A DNA stretch of 64,000 nucleotides from positions 256,001-320,000 of the forward strand of contig CAVUWA010000009.1 in the NCBI GenBank assembly GCA_963744995.1, written 5' to 3'. The notes below the pieces were generated by a model. That model was not told where the DNA came from. It saw only the letters and a program-made list of their open reading frames with translations, and made no database searches. Shown in pieces: positions 50,097 through 59,120 of this stretch; within the stretch, counting starts at the first letter, position 1, and every line of letters begins with the position of its first letter. The DNA comes from Candidatus Eiseniibacteriota bacterium (GTDB lineage Bacteria; Eisenbacteria; RBG-16-71-46). A program made the position numbers and the translations under genes.

Positions 50097-50650
50097 AGAC
50101 CCTGCTCCTCGCCCTGGCGCTGCTCGGGCCGCTGCAGGCGGCCGACGCTGCGCTGCAGCGCGCCGTTCAGGACATGCGCCGCCCGGTGCTCGAGCAGCCG
50201 ATGCGGAGCCTGACCGGGATCGGCAAGCCCGTGGTGGTGTTCGGCGCGCTGCTGCTGGTGGCGGCGTTCGACGCCGCGGCGGGCCCGGCGACCGCACGCC
50301 TGGCGCTCGCCGCGCTCGTGCCCACCAATCTGGTGGTCGAGGGCCTGAAGCGCGCCGTGGGACGCACCCGGCCCGACGGTGACCGCAAGCGATCCAATTC
50401 GTCCTTCCCTTCGAGTCACGCCGCGAACGCGTTCGCCCTCGCCTGGGTGCTCGCGCGCCGCTATCGGCGGTTCGCGCCCGCGTTCATGATCCTCGCCGCG
50501 CTCGTCGCCGTCTCGCGCGTGTACCTCAATCGCCACTATGTGAGCGATGTCGTGGCCGGCGCCGCGATCGGGCTCGCATGCGCGTTCTGGAGCGCACGCT
50601 GGCTGGCCGCGCGTGCGCGCCAAAGGCGAGGAACTGCAAATTCTCCCTGA
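50093..50650 (+). CDS. PAP2 family phosphatase
   Basis: K...GRTRP, SFPSSHA and SRVYLNRHYVSDV motifs. Confidence 0.9.
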   Translation: MKTLLLALALLGPLQAADAALQRAVQDMRRPVLEQPMRSLTGIGKPVVVFGALLLVAAFDAAAGPATARLALAALVPTNLVVEGLKRAVGRTRPDGDRKRSNSSFPSSHAANAFALAWVLARRYRRFAPAFMILAALVAVSRVYLNRHYVSDVVAGAAIGLACAFWSARWLAARARQRRGTANSP

Positions 50651-50705
50651 AAGCCCTTGCATGACGCGGCGGCTGTGAGATGCTGCCCCTCGGAAGGGCT
50701 ACCGA

Positions 50706-51173
50706 ATGACCACTGGTTTCGCCTCAACGGTATTCGACGCCTCGCTCTTCATCCCGGAACTCCGTTATCGCAAGCTGGAGCCGGCCCTCGGTGAGATGAC
50801 CGCGCGCGCCGCACGCGCGGGGAGCGTGGCGGAACCTCGTTTGCTGCGTGCCTCTCTCGCCCTGCGCGAGAAGGCCGGATCCACGGCCATCGGCAAAGGC
50901 GTCGCGCTTCCGCACCTCCGCTCGATCCACGTACTGGAACCCTGCGTCGTGTTCGGCCGCTCGACCCGCGGGGTCGTTTGGAACGCGATCGACGGCGAGC
51001 CGGTGCACCTCGCGCTGCTGATGCTTTCGCCGGCCGAGGTGACGGCTGAAGTGCACGTCGAGTGGGTGGCACGCGGCGCCGCGGTGCTGCGGATTCAGCG
51101 CCAGCGGCAGCGACTGCTCGACGCGGCGGACTTCGGCGCGGTGAGCGCGCTGCTCGCGGACGCGCTGTCGTGA
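50706..51173 (+). CDS. PTS EIIA domain protein (Ntr/Fru type)
   Basis: REKAGSTAIGKGVALPH phospho-His motif and W.AIDGEPV.L. Confidence 0.85.
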   Translation: MTTGFASTVFDASLFIPELRYRKLEPALGEMTARAARAGSVAEPRLLRASLALREKAGSTAIGKGVALPHLRSIHVLEPCVVFGRSTRGVVWNAIDGEPVHLALLMLSPAEVTAEVHVEWVARGAAVLRIQRQRQRLLDAADFGAVSALLADALS

Positions 51174-51508
51174 GCCGCCACGCCGAGCTGCTCGAACTCC
51201 ACGACATCGACCTCATGCTGCGCATGATCGGCAAGGACGCGTGCAGGTCGCGCCTCAAGCGGATGGGCCTCGGCTTCGACGACCCGGAGCGGCTGACGCG
51301 GCGTCGCGATCGGCTCGCGGCGCGCATCGAGCCGCGCTGGATGGCCGTGTACGAGCGGGCCTACGGCCGCTACGGGCGGGGCGTGGTCGCGGTGCGCGAC
51401 CGCGTGTGCATGGGCTGCTTCATCACCCTGCCCACCTCGTCGACCCCCGACGTCCACGACACGCTCACCCAGTGCGAGTCGTGCGGCCGGCTGCTGTACT
51501 GGCGCTAG
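51170..51508 (+). CDS. Short C4-type zinc ribbon protein (DUF164/zf-RING_7-like)
   Basis: YER...RYG..V..V...CMGC...P...CESCGRLLY. GTG overlaps the EIIA stop. Confidence 0.82.
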   Translation: MSRHAELLELHDIDLMLRMIGKDACRSRLKRMGLGFDDPERLTRRRDRLAARIEPRWMAVYERAYGRYGRGVVAVRDRVCMGCFITLPTSSTPDVHDTLTQCESCGRLLYWR

Positions 51509-51594
51509 GCGGCCGCCGCTCCACCTTCGGTGTCGTGCTGTGCTAGCCTCGACGCGTTCGACCGGGCGGCGACCGGGGGAGGTTCTACCAACCG

Positions 51595-52017
51595 ATGTTC
51601 TTTCATCGCGCAGCTCGCCTCGCGGGCGCGGCGCTGGTGCTGGCGGCGCAGGGTTGCACCGCCCTTCGCGAGATTCCGCCGGGCGAGTACACGCAGGAAC
51701 CCGAGCGGCGCCACGTTCGCATCGAAACCCGTGAAGGGCTCCAGTACGAGTTCGATTTCGCCCGCTTCTCCGCCGACTCGGTGACCGGCTTCCGCCGTCT
51801 CGATGTCGAGGGGCCCGTGGACGCGTTCGCGCAGACCAGCCTCGGCTACGACGATCTGTCGCGGCTGTCCACGCGGCAGGTGGACTGGTATCGCACCGGA
51901 CTGGTCGGCGGCGGGGCGATCGCGGCGATCGTGGCAGCGGGCCTCGCCAGCACGCGCAAGAAGGACAACCCCGGCGACTCGGGCGGCGGCGGCGGACGCC
52001 CGCCCGGCATTCCCTGA
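51595..52017 (+). CDS. Hypothetical lipoprotein with a C-terminal TM segment
   Basis: Lipobox-like LAAQGC and a hydrophobic GLVGGGAIAAIVAAGL near the C-terminus. GGAGG RBS present. Confidence 0.7.
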   Translation: MFFHRAARLAGAALVLAAQGCTALREIPPGEYTQEPERRHVRIETREGLQYEFDFARFSADSVTGFRRLDVEGPVDAFAQTSLGYDDLSRLSTRQVDWYRTGLVGGGAIAAIVAAGLASTRKKDNPGDSGGGGGRPPGIP

Positions 52018-52019
52018 TC

Positions 52020-52379
52020 TCAGCGGAACAGCGAGTGCGTGACGAGGCCCGCGACGCCCGCGCCGGCGAGATCCGCGGCAAGGTCACCCCAGTCGAACCG
52101 ATCGGTGCCGGCGTCCACGCACTCCTTGCCGAAGCCGAGCGCCGCGGCCGCGACGATCGCCACGCCCGGGCTGCGGCTCGCCAGCCCCGCGCCCGCGCCG
52201 AGGGTCAGCGCGAGCGACGCGTGCTGGAGACGGTCCTCCCGGAACATCCCCGTCTGGAAGGCACGCCAGTGCGGCCCGGGCAGGGGAGGATCCGCCGGCT
52301 CGGCGCGCACCGTGGCCGCGGGAGCCGCGAGTGCGGCGAGCACGCAGGCGAGCACGAAAGAAGCTCCAAGGTGGCGCAT
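52020..52379 (-). CDS. YfiM/DUF2279-like small membrane protein
   Basis: Signal peptide, DRLQH, G.GKE..D and F.WGDL.AD..G pattern. Confidence 0.72.
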   Translation of the reverse strand: MRHLGASFVLACVLAALAAPAATVRAEPADPPLPGPHWRAFQTGMFREDRLQHASLALTLGAGAGLASRSPGVAIVAAAALGFGKECVDAGTDRFDWGDLAADLAGAGVAGLVTHSLFR

Positions 52380-52407
52380 GGGGGAAGGTCATGAAGGAAA
52401 GCGCGCC

Positions 52408-53823
52408 ATGACGCAAGCGGGAAACGCGGCGCGCGTCGCCGCCGCGCGGGCCCGCCTCGAATCGGCCGCCTGGCCCGCGGCCCTGCGCGCGGCGCTCGCC
52501 ACCTTGCGGGCCGGCGGACACCAGGCCCTGCTCGTGGGCGGAACCGTGCGCGACGCGCTGCTCGGCCGCCGCGGCGGCGCCGCGTTCGACGTCGCCACCG
52601 ACCGCACCCCGGAGGAGGTGCTGCATCTCTTTGCGCGGGTCGAGCCCATCGGGCTCCGGCACGGGACGGTGCTGGTGATCGCGGACGAGGTGCGCATCGA
52701 GTGCACGACGATGCGCACGGAGGGTCCCTACCACGACGCACGGCGTCCCGCGCACGTGACGTTCACACGGGATCCGCTCGCCGACCTCGCGCGGCGCGAC
52801 CTGACCGTGAACGCGATCGCGTGGGATCCCGGCGCGGCTCGCCTGCTCGATCCGTTCGGCGGGCTCGCCGACCTCGAGGCCCGCGTGCTGCGTGCGGTCG
52901 GCGATCCGCGCGATCGCTTTCTGGAGGATGCCCTTCGGCCGCTGCGTGTGGCGCGCTTCGCGGCGACGCTCGAGATGACCCCGGAGCCCGATACCGCCGC
53001 CGCACTCGGGGTGGCGCTGGAGCGTGCGGAGGGTCTCGCCGCGGAGCGGATCCGCGACGAGCTCTGCGCCCTGATGACGGCGCGCGCGCCCTCCACGGGG
53101 CTGGATCTCCTGCACGCGAGCGGGTGGCTCGCCCGCGTGCTGCCCGAGCTCGATGCCTGCGCGGGCGTCACGCAGAACCGCCATCACGCGCACGACGTCT
53201 ACCGGCACTCGCTCCGGGTGTGCGATGCCGCGCCGGCGGCCTGGCCGGTGGTGCGCTGGGCGGCCCTGCTGCACGACATCGGCAAGCCCGTCACCCGTGC
53301 CGGGGCCGAAGGCCATGCCACGTTCTACGGCCACGCCGTGGCGGGCGCGCGTCTCGCGGCGGTGCGGCTCGAGGCATTGCGGTTCCCGGCGGCGCAGCGC
53401 GAGCGCATCGTGCACCTCGTGCGGGAGCACATGTTCGACTACCGCGAGGCGTGGAGCGATGCCGCCGTGCGGCGCTGGCTGCGGCGCGTCGGCCTGGAAC
53501 AGCTCGAGGCGCTGTTCGCCCTGCGCGCCGCCGACGTGGCCGGCACCGGCGTGCCGTCGAGTGCGCCGTCGCTGGAGGCGCTGCGCGCACGCATCGACCG
53601 CGTGCTCGCCGCCTCGCGCGTGATCGGGGTGCGCGACCTGCCGATCGACGGCGAGGACGTCATGCGGGTGACCGGACTTGCGCCCGGACCGGAGGTCGGA
53701 CGGCTGCTGCGCGCCGCGCTGGAGAGTGCGATCGAGAACCCGGCGCACGCGTCGCGCGAAGCGCTGCTGGAGCGCGTTCGAAGCATGTGCAGGAGCGCGC
53801 GCAGCGCACCGCGCCGACCTTGA
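52408..53823 (+). CDS. cca: tRNA nucleotidyltransferase (CCA-adding, class II) with HD domain
   Basis: VGGTVRD, DLARRDLTVNA, FLEDALR..R..RF, ERIRDE and ALLHDIGK motifs. Confidence 0.88.
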   Translation: MTQAGNAARVAAARARLESAAWPAALRAALATLRAGGHQALLVGGTVRDALLGRRGGAAFDVATDRTPEEVLHLFARVEPIGLRHGTVLVIADEVRIECTTMRTEGPYHDARRPAHVTFTRDPLADLARRDLTVNAIAWDPGAARLLDPFGGLADLEARVLRAVGDPRDRFLEDALRPLRVARFAATLEMTPEPDTAAALGVALERAEGLAAERIRDELCALMTARAPSTGLDLLHASGWLARVLPELDACAGVTQNRHHAHDVYRHSLRVCDAAPAAWPVVRWAALLHDIGKPVTRAGAEGHATFYGHAVAGARLAAVRLEALRFPAAQRERIVHLVREHMFDYREAWSDAAVRRWLRRVGLEQLEALFALRAADVAGTGVPSSAPSLEALRARIDRVLAASRVIGVRDLPIDGEDVMRVTGLAPGPEVGRLLRAALESAIENPAHASREALLERVRSMCRSARSAPRRP

Positions 53824-53849
53824 CACCTTCTTTGCAGCCCTCGTATCCT
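53820..53849 (+). promoter_or_regulatory. sigma70 promoter for the polyprenyl synthase-rsfS-argS operon
   Basis: TTGACA, 18 nt, TATCCT. Confidence 0.6.
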
Positions 53850-53908
53850 CGCTCGCGCAATCGTTTGTCCACCCTCCGCGCCGATGTTCCTTTTCCGCGA
53901 ACCCCGTC

Positions 53909-54889
53909 ATGTCCGTGACCGTCGTGCAGAAGCCCGTCCGCCGCGAGCTGGAGCGCGTTCAATCGCGCCTCCGCGAGCTGTTCCGCACCCCGATCCCGAT
54001 CCTGAACCAGGTGGGCGGGCACGTGCTGGCGACGCGCGGCAAGAAGCTGCGGCCGACCATGCTGCTGCTGGTGGCGCGGTTGCGCGGCCACCTCGGCGCA
54101 GATGCGGTGCTGTGCGCTACGGTGATCGAGATGGTGCACGCCGCTGCGCTGATCCACGACGATTCGGTGGACCGCAGCGGTCTCCGTCGCGGCATGCCGA
54201 CGGTCAACGGTCTGTGGACCGACGAGATGGCGATCATCATGGGTGACTACCTCTACGCGCAGGCGATGTCGATGCTGGTCGAGAACGATCAGGACACCGC
54301 GATGAAGGTGCTGGCGCGCGTCGTGACCGAGATGTCGTGCGGAGAAGCGCTCGAGTTCCAGTACGCGCACAATCTCGACGTCACCGAGACGCAGTACGAA
54401 GAGCTGATGCGGGCGAAGACCGGCTCGCTGTTCGGTGCGGCGACCGAGATCGGCGCCGGCCTGAACGGCGGTGGCCGCAACATGAAGCGCCGCGAGCGCT
54501 ACCGCGAGTTCGGCGAGCGGGTCGGCGTCGCGTTCCAGATCGTGGACGATCTGTTCGACTACCTGAGCGAACCGGAGACCGCCGGCAAGCCCGTGGGGTA
54601 TGACCTCGCCGAGGGCAAGGTCACGCTGCCGCTGATCGCGGCGCTGCGCTCGGCTTCCGAGCGCGACCGCAAGGCGCTCACCGCGCTGGCCGGGCGCAAG
54701 CGCTGGACCCGGGCGCAGTGGGCCCGGCTGTGTGCGCTGATCGAGCGCTCAGGCGGCTTCGAGTACGCCAGGCGGCGTGCGCAGACACTGGCGGCGTCGT
54801 CGCGCGACGTGCTGGAACGGGAGCCGGACAACGCCGCGCGACGCGCCCTCTATCACGCGATCGACTATTCCGTCGAGCGCACGCATTGA
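53909..54889 (+). CDS. Long-chain polyprenyl diphosphate synthase (IspB/HepT-like)
   Basis: GKKLRP, HDDSVD...RRG, GDYL, KT and FQIVDDLFD motifs. Confidence 0.92.
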   Translation: MSVTVVQKPVRRELERVQSRLRELFRTPIPILNQVGGHVLATRGKKLRPTMLLLVARLRGHLGADAVLCATVIEMVHAAALIHDDSVDRSGLRRGMPTVNGLWTDEMAIIMGDYLYAQAMSMLVENDQDTAMKVLARVVTEMSCGEALEFQYAHNLDVTETQYEELMRAKTGSLFGAATEIGAGLNGGGRNMKRRERYREFGERVGVAFQIVDDLFDYLSEPETAGKPVGYDLAEGKVTLPLIAALRSASERDRKALTALAGRKRWTRAQWARLCALIERSGGFEYARRRAQTLAASSRDVLEREPDNAARRALYHAIDYSVERTH

Positions 54890-54914
54890 CGCCGTCCGGA
54901 CCCGCGCGCATCCG

Positions 54915-55301
54915 TTGACCGGCCAGGCGAAGCCCCGGATCCCGCTCGAAGGAGCGGAGGTGCTGCAGCGCGCCGCGCACGCGGCGGCGTCCAAGAAGGC
55001 GACCGAGCTGGTAGCGCTCGATCTGCGCGATCTCGACGGCGTCGCCGACTACTTCCTCATCTGCAGCGCTGCGAGCGAAGTGCAGGTCAAGGCGGTGGCG
55101 GAGGCGGTCGAGGACGGGCTGCGCGCCGACGGCGTCAGGCCGTGGCACGTCGAGGGCCGTGAGGGCCGGCGCTGGGTGCTGCTCGATTACGTCGAGGTGG
55201 TGGTGCACGTCTTCCATGAGAAGACCCGGGAGTACTACATGCTGGATCGTCTGTGGGGAGATGCACGGAGCGTGGATCTTGGTCTGGAAGCGGCTGACTG
55301 A
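54915..55301 (+). CDS. rsfS: Ribosome silencing factor
   Basis: KKA, DYFLICS, WVLLDY..VVVHVF and REYY.L..LW motifs. Start uncertain. Confidence 0.92.
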   Translation: MTGQAKPRIPLEGAEVLQRAAHAAASKKATELVALDLRDLDGVADYFLICSAASEVQVKAVAEAVEDGLRADGVRPWHVEGREGRRWVLLDYVEVVVHVFHEKTREYYMLDRLWGDARSVDLGLEAAD

Positions 55302-57024
55302 GGGGCTCGAACAGGCGCTGCGCGCGACCGGTATCTGGACGCCGGAGCGGGCGGCGCGCATCGAGTTCGCGATCCCGCGCGACAGCGCGCACGGCGACTG
55401 GACCACCAATCTCGCCATGGTGCTGGCGAAGGAGCTGCGACAGCCGCCGCGCGGGCTGGCCGAACAGCTGGCGGCGGCGTTTCCCGCCGATCCGGAGCTG
55501 TTCGAGCGCGTGGACGTGGCGGGCGCCGGGTTCGTGAATTTCACCTATGCGGAAGCCTTTCTGCGTGCGCTGCCGGGGCGTGTGGTCGACGCGGGCGCGC
55601 GTTTCGGCGAGAGCGCGGCGGGGAACGGCTCGCGGGTGCTGATCGAGTACGTGAGCGCGAACCCGACCGGGCCGCTCAACGTGGTGAGCGCGCGCGCCGC
55701 GGCGGTCGGCGCGGCGCTGGTGCGCCTGCTGCGCGCGACGGGGCATGCCGCGGAAGGCGAGTTCTACGTGAACGATGCAGGCACGCAGGTGGACCTGCTC
55801 GGCGCCTCGCTCGCGGCACGCTTCGCGCAGCGGCTGGGAGCCGACCGGCCGCTGCCCGAGGGCGGCTATCAGGGCGCCTACCTGGCCGACATCGCCGAAG
55901 CCCTGCCGGAAGCCGAAGCGCGCGCGGCGCTCGGCCGCGCGGACGAGGCGGCCTGGTTCAGGGACCAGGCCCTGGCGCGCATGCTGGCCTGGCAGAAGCG
56001 CGACCTGGACGCCTACGGCGCCGAGTTCGCGCACTGGTTCAGAGAGTCGCAGCTGCACACGTCGGGGGCGGTGGAGGAGACCCTCGCCGCGCTCGAAGCG
56101 CGCGGCATGACGTATCGTGCGTCGGCCCCGGAGGTCGACCGCACGGGCGGGATCCGCAAGGATCGCGAGCATGAGGACGACGACGAAGCCGGCGCGGCTG
56201 CGGGCGAAGCCACCTATCTCCGGACCACACGATTCGGCGACGACGTCGACCGGGTCGTGATGCGTTCGAACGGCGCGCCGACCTATCTGCTTCCCGACAT
56301 CGCCTACCATCGCCACAAGCGCGCGCGCGGCTTCCGCCACGCGATCGACCTCTGGGGCCCGGATCACCACGGCTACGTGCCGCGGATGAAGGCGGCGCTG
56401 CAGGCGATGGGGCTCGAGGAGGATTTTCTCGACGTGATCATCGTCCAGCAGGTGAACCTCCTGTCCGGCGGCCAGCCGGTGAAGATGAGCAAACGTGCCG
56501 GCGAGTTCATCACCCTGCGTGATCTGATCGACGACGTGGGCGCCGATCCGGCGAAGTTCTTCTTCCTGATGCGCTCGACCAGCTCGCACCTGGACTTCGA
56601 CATGGATCTCGCGCGGCGGCAGAGCGACGAGAACCCGGCCTACTACGTGCAGTACGCGCATGCGCGCATCGCCTCGGTGCTGCGCTACGCGCGCGAGCAG
56701 GGTTTCGTGGGCGGCGCACCCGAGGCGCCCTACGACGCGGTCGAAGAGCAGCTGCTGCTGCGCAAGATCGCGGCGTTCCCCGAAGTCGTGCGGGGCGCCG
56801 CCGCGGCGCGCGAGCCGCACCGCATTCCGACCTACCTGGTGGAGCTCGCCGGGATCTTCCACCGCTTCTACCACGCCTGCCGCGTGGTCTCGGACGACAC
56901 GGCACGCACGCGCGCACGGCTCCAGCTGTGCGAAGCGGCGCGCGTCGTGGTGCGCAACGGGCTCGGACTCCTGGGCGTGAGCGCCCCCGAACGCATGGAG
57001 CGGGCGGCGGAGGCCCTGTCGTGA
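55261..57024 (+). CDS. argS: Arginine--tRNA ligase
   Basis: HGDWTTN, EYVSANPTGPL, EFYVND.G.Q, GPDHHGY, KMSKRAG and YVQYAHAR motifs. Start is 55261 or 55279. Confidence 0.95.
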   Translation: MHGAWILVWKRLTEGLEQALRATGIWTPERAARIEFAIPRDSAHGDWTTNLAMVLAKELRQPPRGLAEQLAAAFPADPELFERVDVAGAGFVNFTYAEAFLRALPGRVVDAGARFGESAAGNGSRVLIEYVSANPTGPLNVVSARAAAVGAALVRLLRATGHAAEGEFYVNDAGTQVDLLGASLAARFAQRLGADRPLPEGGYQGAYLADIAEALPEAEARAALGRADEAAWFRDQALARMLAWQKRDLDAYGAEFAHWFRESQLHTSGAVEETLAALEARGMTYRASAPEVDRTGGIRKDREHEDDDEAGAAAGEATYLRTTRFGDDVDRVVMRSNGAPTYLLPDIAYHRHKRARGFRHAIDLWGPDHHGYVPRMKAALQAMGLEEDFLDVIIVQQVNLLSGGQPVKMSKRAGEFITLRDLIDDVGADPAKFFFLMRSTSSHLDFDMDLARRQSDENPAYYVQYAHARIASVLRYAREQGFVGGAPEAPYDAVEEQLLLRKIAAFPEVVRGAAAAREPHRIPTYLVELAGIFHRFYHACRVVSDDTARTRARLQLCEAARVVVRNGLGLLGVSAPERMERAAEALS

Positions 57025-57962
57025 GCGCGGCCCCGAAGATCCTCGTGGTGGGATCGGTGGCGCTCGACACCGTGCGCACGCCCTACGGCGAGGCCGAGAA
57101 CGCGCTCGGCGGGTCGGCGTCGTATTTCTCGTTCTCGGCCAGCCACTTCTCCCCGGTGAGCCTGGTGGCGGTGGTGGGCCGGGACTTCCCGGCCGAACAC
57201 CGCGCGCTCTTCGAATCGCGCGGGGTGGACCTCACCGGTCTCGAGACCGCGGACGGCGAGACGTTCCGCTGGCGCGGCGAGTACATGGCCGAACTCGGCC
57301 ACGCGCACACGCTGGAAACGCGGCTCAACGTGTTCTCGGCGTTCCAGCCCAAACTGCTCGACGCGCACCGTGACGCCGACTTCGTCTTTCTCGCCAACAT
57401 CGATCCCGAGTTGCAGCTGCACGTGCTCCAGCAGGTGCGCAAGCCGAAGATCGTGATCTCGGACACGATGGACTACTGGATCGCGCGCAAGCCGGATCGC
57501 GTGCTCGACGTCCTGCGCGAGGTGCAGATCGCGATGCTGAACGAGGAGGAGGCGCGGGCGCTGGCGGGCGAGAGCCAGATCGTCAAAGCCGCCGATCGGC
57601 TGCTCGAACAGGGCGCGCGCGCGGTGATCATCAAGAAGGGTGAGCACGGTGCCTACTATCAGTCCCGCGACGAGCGGTTCATCGCACCGGCGTACCCGGT
57701 CGAGGCGCTGACCGATCCGACCGGTGCGGGCGATTCGTTCGCGGGCGGCTTCCTGGGCTGGCTCGCGCGCTCGGGTCGGACCGATGGCGACTCGTTGCGC
57801 CAGGCGCTGGTCTGCGGCGCCGCCATGGCCTCGCTGGCGATCGAGTCCTTCAGCCCGGTGCGGCTGATCGAGACCAGCACGGGCGAGATCGACCTGCGGG
57901 TCGAGCGCCTGCACCGGATGGTCCATTTCGATCTTCAGCCCCTCTTCCAAGACTTGGAGTGA
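57021..57962 (+). CDS. PfkB family carbohydrate/nucleoside kinase
   Basis: GSVALD, LGGSA.Y and DPTGAGDSFAGG motifs. Confidence 0.92.
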   Translation: MSAAPKILVVGSVALDTVRTPYGEAENALGGSASYFSFSASHFSPVSLVAVVGRDFPAEHRALFESRGVDLTGLETADGETFRWRGEYMAELGHAHTLETRLNVFSAFQPKLLDAHRDADFVFLANIDPELQLHVLQQVRKPKIVISDTMDYWIARKPDRVLDVLREVQIAMLNEEEARALAGESQIVKAADRLLEQGARAVIIKKGEHGAYYQSRDERFIAPAYPVEALTDPTGAGDSFAGGFLGWLARSGRTDGDSLRQALVCGAAMASLAIESFSPVRLIETSTGEIDLRVERLHRMVHFDLQPLFQDLE

Positions 57963-58039
57963 ACGCCGTAGAAACAGGCCAATGCGTATGTTAGACTCCC
58001 GGTCCCCAACGATTTTCCACTTCTGCGGAGGGCTGCATC

Positions 58040-58870
58040 GTGGCCGTTGACGCTTTCGGACCGGGCTTCTCGCACAAGGCCGAGGCCGCGCTGCGCGAGC
58101 TGCGTGACGTGGATGGCGTGAGCCTGCAGATGCACGGCGAGAAGGTGAGCGAAATCCACGTCGAGACGCGCTCGCGGCGTCCGGCGAAGCAGATCGTCCG
58201 CGACGTGCAGACGATCCTGCGGACCCGATTCGGTCACCAGATCGACCATCGCGTGGTGTCGGTGGCCTATACCGAGGCGCCGCCGGTGGGACCGGTGGCG
58301 TCCACGCCGGCCGCGCACGCCGAGCACGCCGCCCCCGTGCCTTCCGCCGCGCCGCAGGCGGCGCCGGCCGCCCCCGCGCCTTCCGGCGCCGGCGCGCCGC
58401 GCGCGGCGGTCGAGCCGGACGAACGCATGCGCTTCGAGAGCGTGAACGTGTTCGTCTCGGGACCCCGGGTGCAGGCCCAGGTCGAGCTGCGCTGGAAGGG
58501 GCTCTCGCGGGTGGGCTCGGCGAGCGGGCTCACCAGCCGGGACGCCGCCGGGGCGCTGGTCGCGGCCGCGACCGTGGCCGCCATTCAGGAGTTCCTCGAA
58601 GACGACTTCGGTCTCGGCCGGGCCGAAGTGGCGGATTTGCGTCTCGGGGGCCACGAGGTCAAGATCGTGGCCGTTCCGCTGGTGGCGCACCGCATGGAAA
58701 AAGTGCTGGTGGGAAGCTGCACGGTGGAGCAGGATGCGCAGCAGGCGGTGGTCCTTGCCACGCTGGCCGCCGTCAACCGGGTGCTCGGTGGACTGCGGGC
58801 CCGGGAGCCGATCGAATACGTCTTGAGACCGACATCACGTGAGGAGGCGAGCGGAGCGAAACGAGAGTAA
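58040..58870 (+). CDS. Hypothetical protein with two domains joined by an Ala/Pro linker
   Basis: GGAGG RBS and GC3-rich codon usage. N-domain EIHV...RPAKQIVRDVQ...IDHRVVSVA, C-domain with two beta-beta-beta-alpha repeats. Confidence 0.85.
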   Translation: MAVDAFGPGFSHKAEAALRELRDVDGVSLQMHGEKVSEIHVETRSRRPAKQIVRDVQTILRTRFGHQIDHRVVSVAYTEAPPVGPVASTPAAHAEHAAPVPSAAPQAAPAAPAPSGAGAPRAAVEPDERMRFESVNVFVSGPRVQAQVELRWKGLSRVGSASGLTSRDAAGALVAAATVAAIQEFLEDDFGLGRAEVADLRLGGHEVKIVAVPLVAHRMEKVLVGSCTVEQDAQQAVVLATLAAVNRVLGGLRAREPIEYVLRPTSREEASGAKRE

Positions 58871-58952
58871 AAGGCATCGAAGCGACCTCACCTGTCGTAT
58901 GGAAGCGTTGAACCTTCCATCAACAGAATCACCCTAAAAGGAGGTGAGCGTC

Positions 58953-59003
58953 GTGGATCTGATCCTCGCACTCGTCAATTTCTTCGGTAAGGCCGGCTGG
59001 TAA
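58953..59003 (+). CDS. 16-aa hydrophobic peptide MDLILALVNFFGKAGW (not in ORF track)
   Basis: AAAAGGAGGTGA Shine-Dalgarno upstream of GTG 58953, TAA at 59001-59003, then a hairpin. Confidence 0.72.
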   Translation: MDLILALVNFFGKAGW

Positions 59004-59007
59004 TGCC

Positions 59008-59026
59008 CTGCCGGCTTGACCGGCAG
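59008..59026 (+). terminator. Hairpin after the small peptide ORF
   Basis: CTGCCGG-CTTGA-CCGGCAG followed by a weak AAGTTT tail. Confidence 0.45.
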
Positions 59027-59120
59027 AAGTTTCGCAACTGAACTCCGGCGTCGTTGTCGGTCTCACCTTTTTCTCGAGCCCTCGCAGCAGCGAACCCGTC
59101 CCCGTAACGACGGATCGAAG

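Noticed and set aside
58871..59120. Known c-di-GMP riboswitch upstream of the HD-GYP gene
   Set aside because: I could not match the class I (GGCAAA...GNRA/receptor) or class II consensus by eye, so it is reported only as an unclassified structure.
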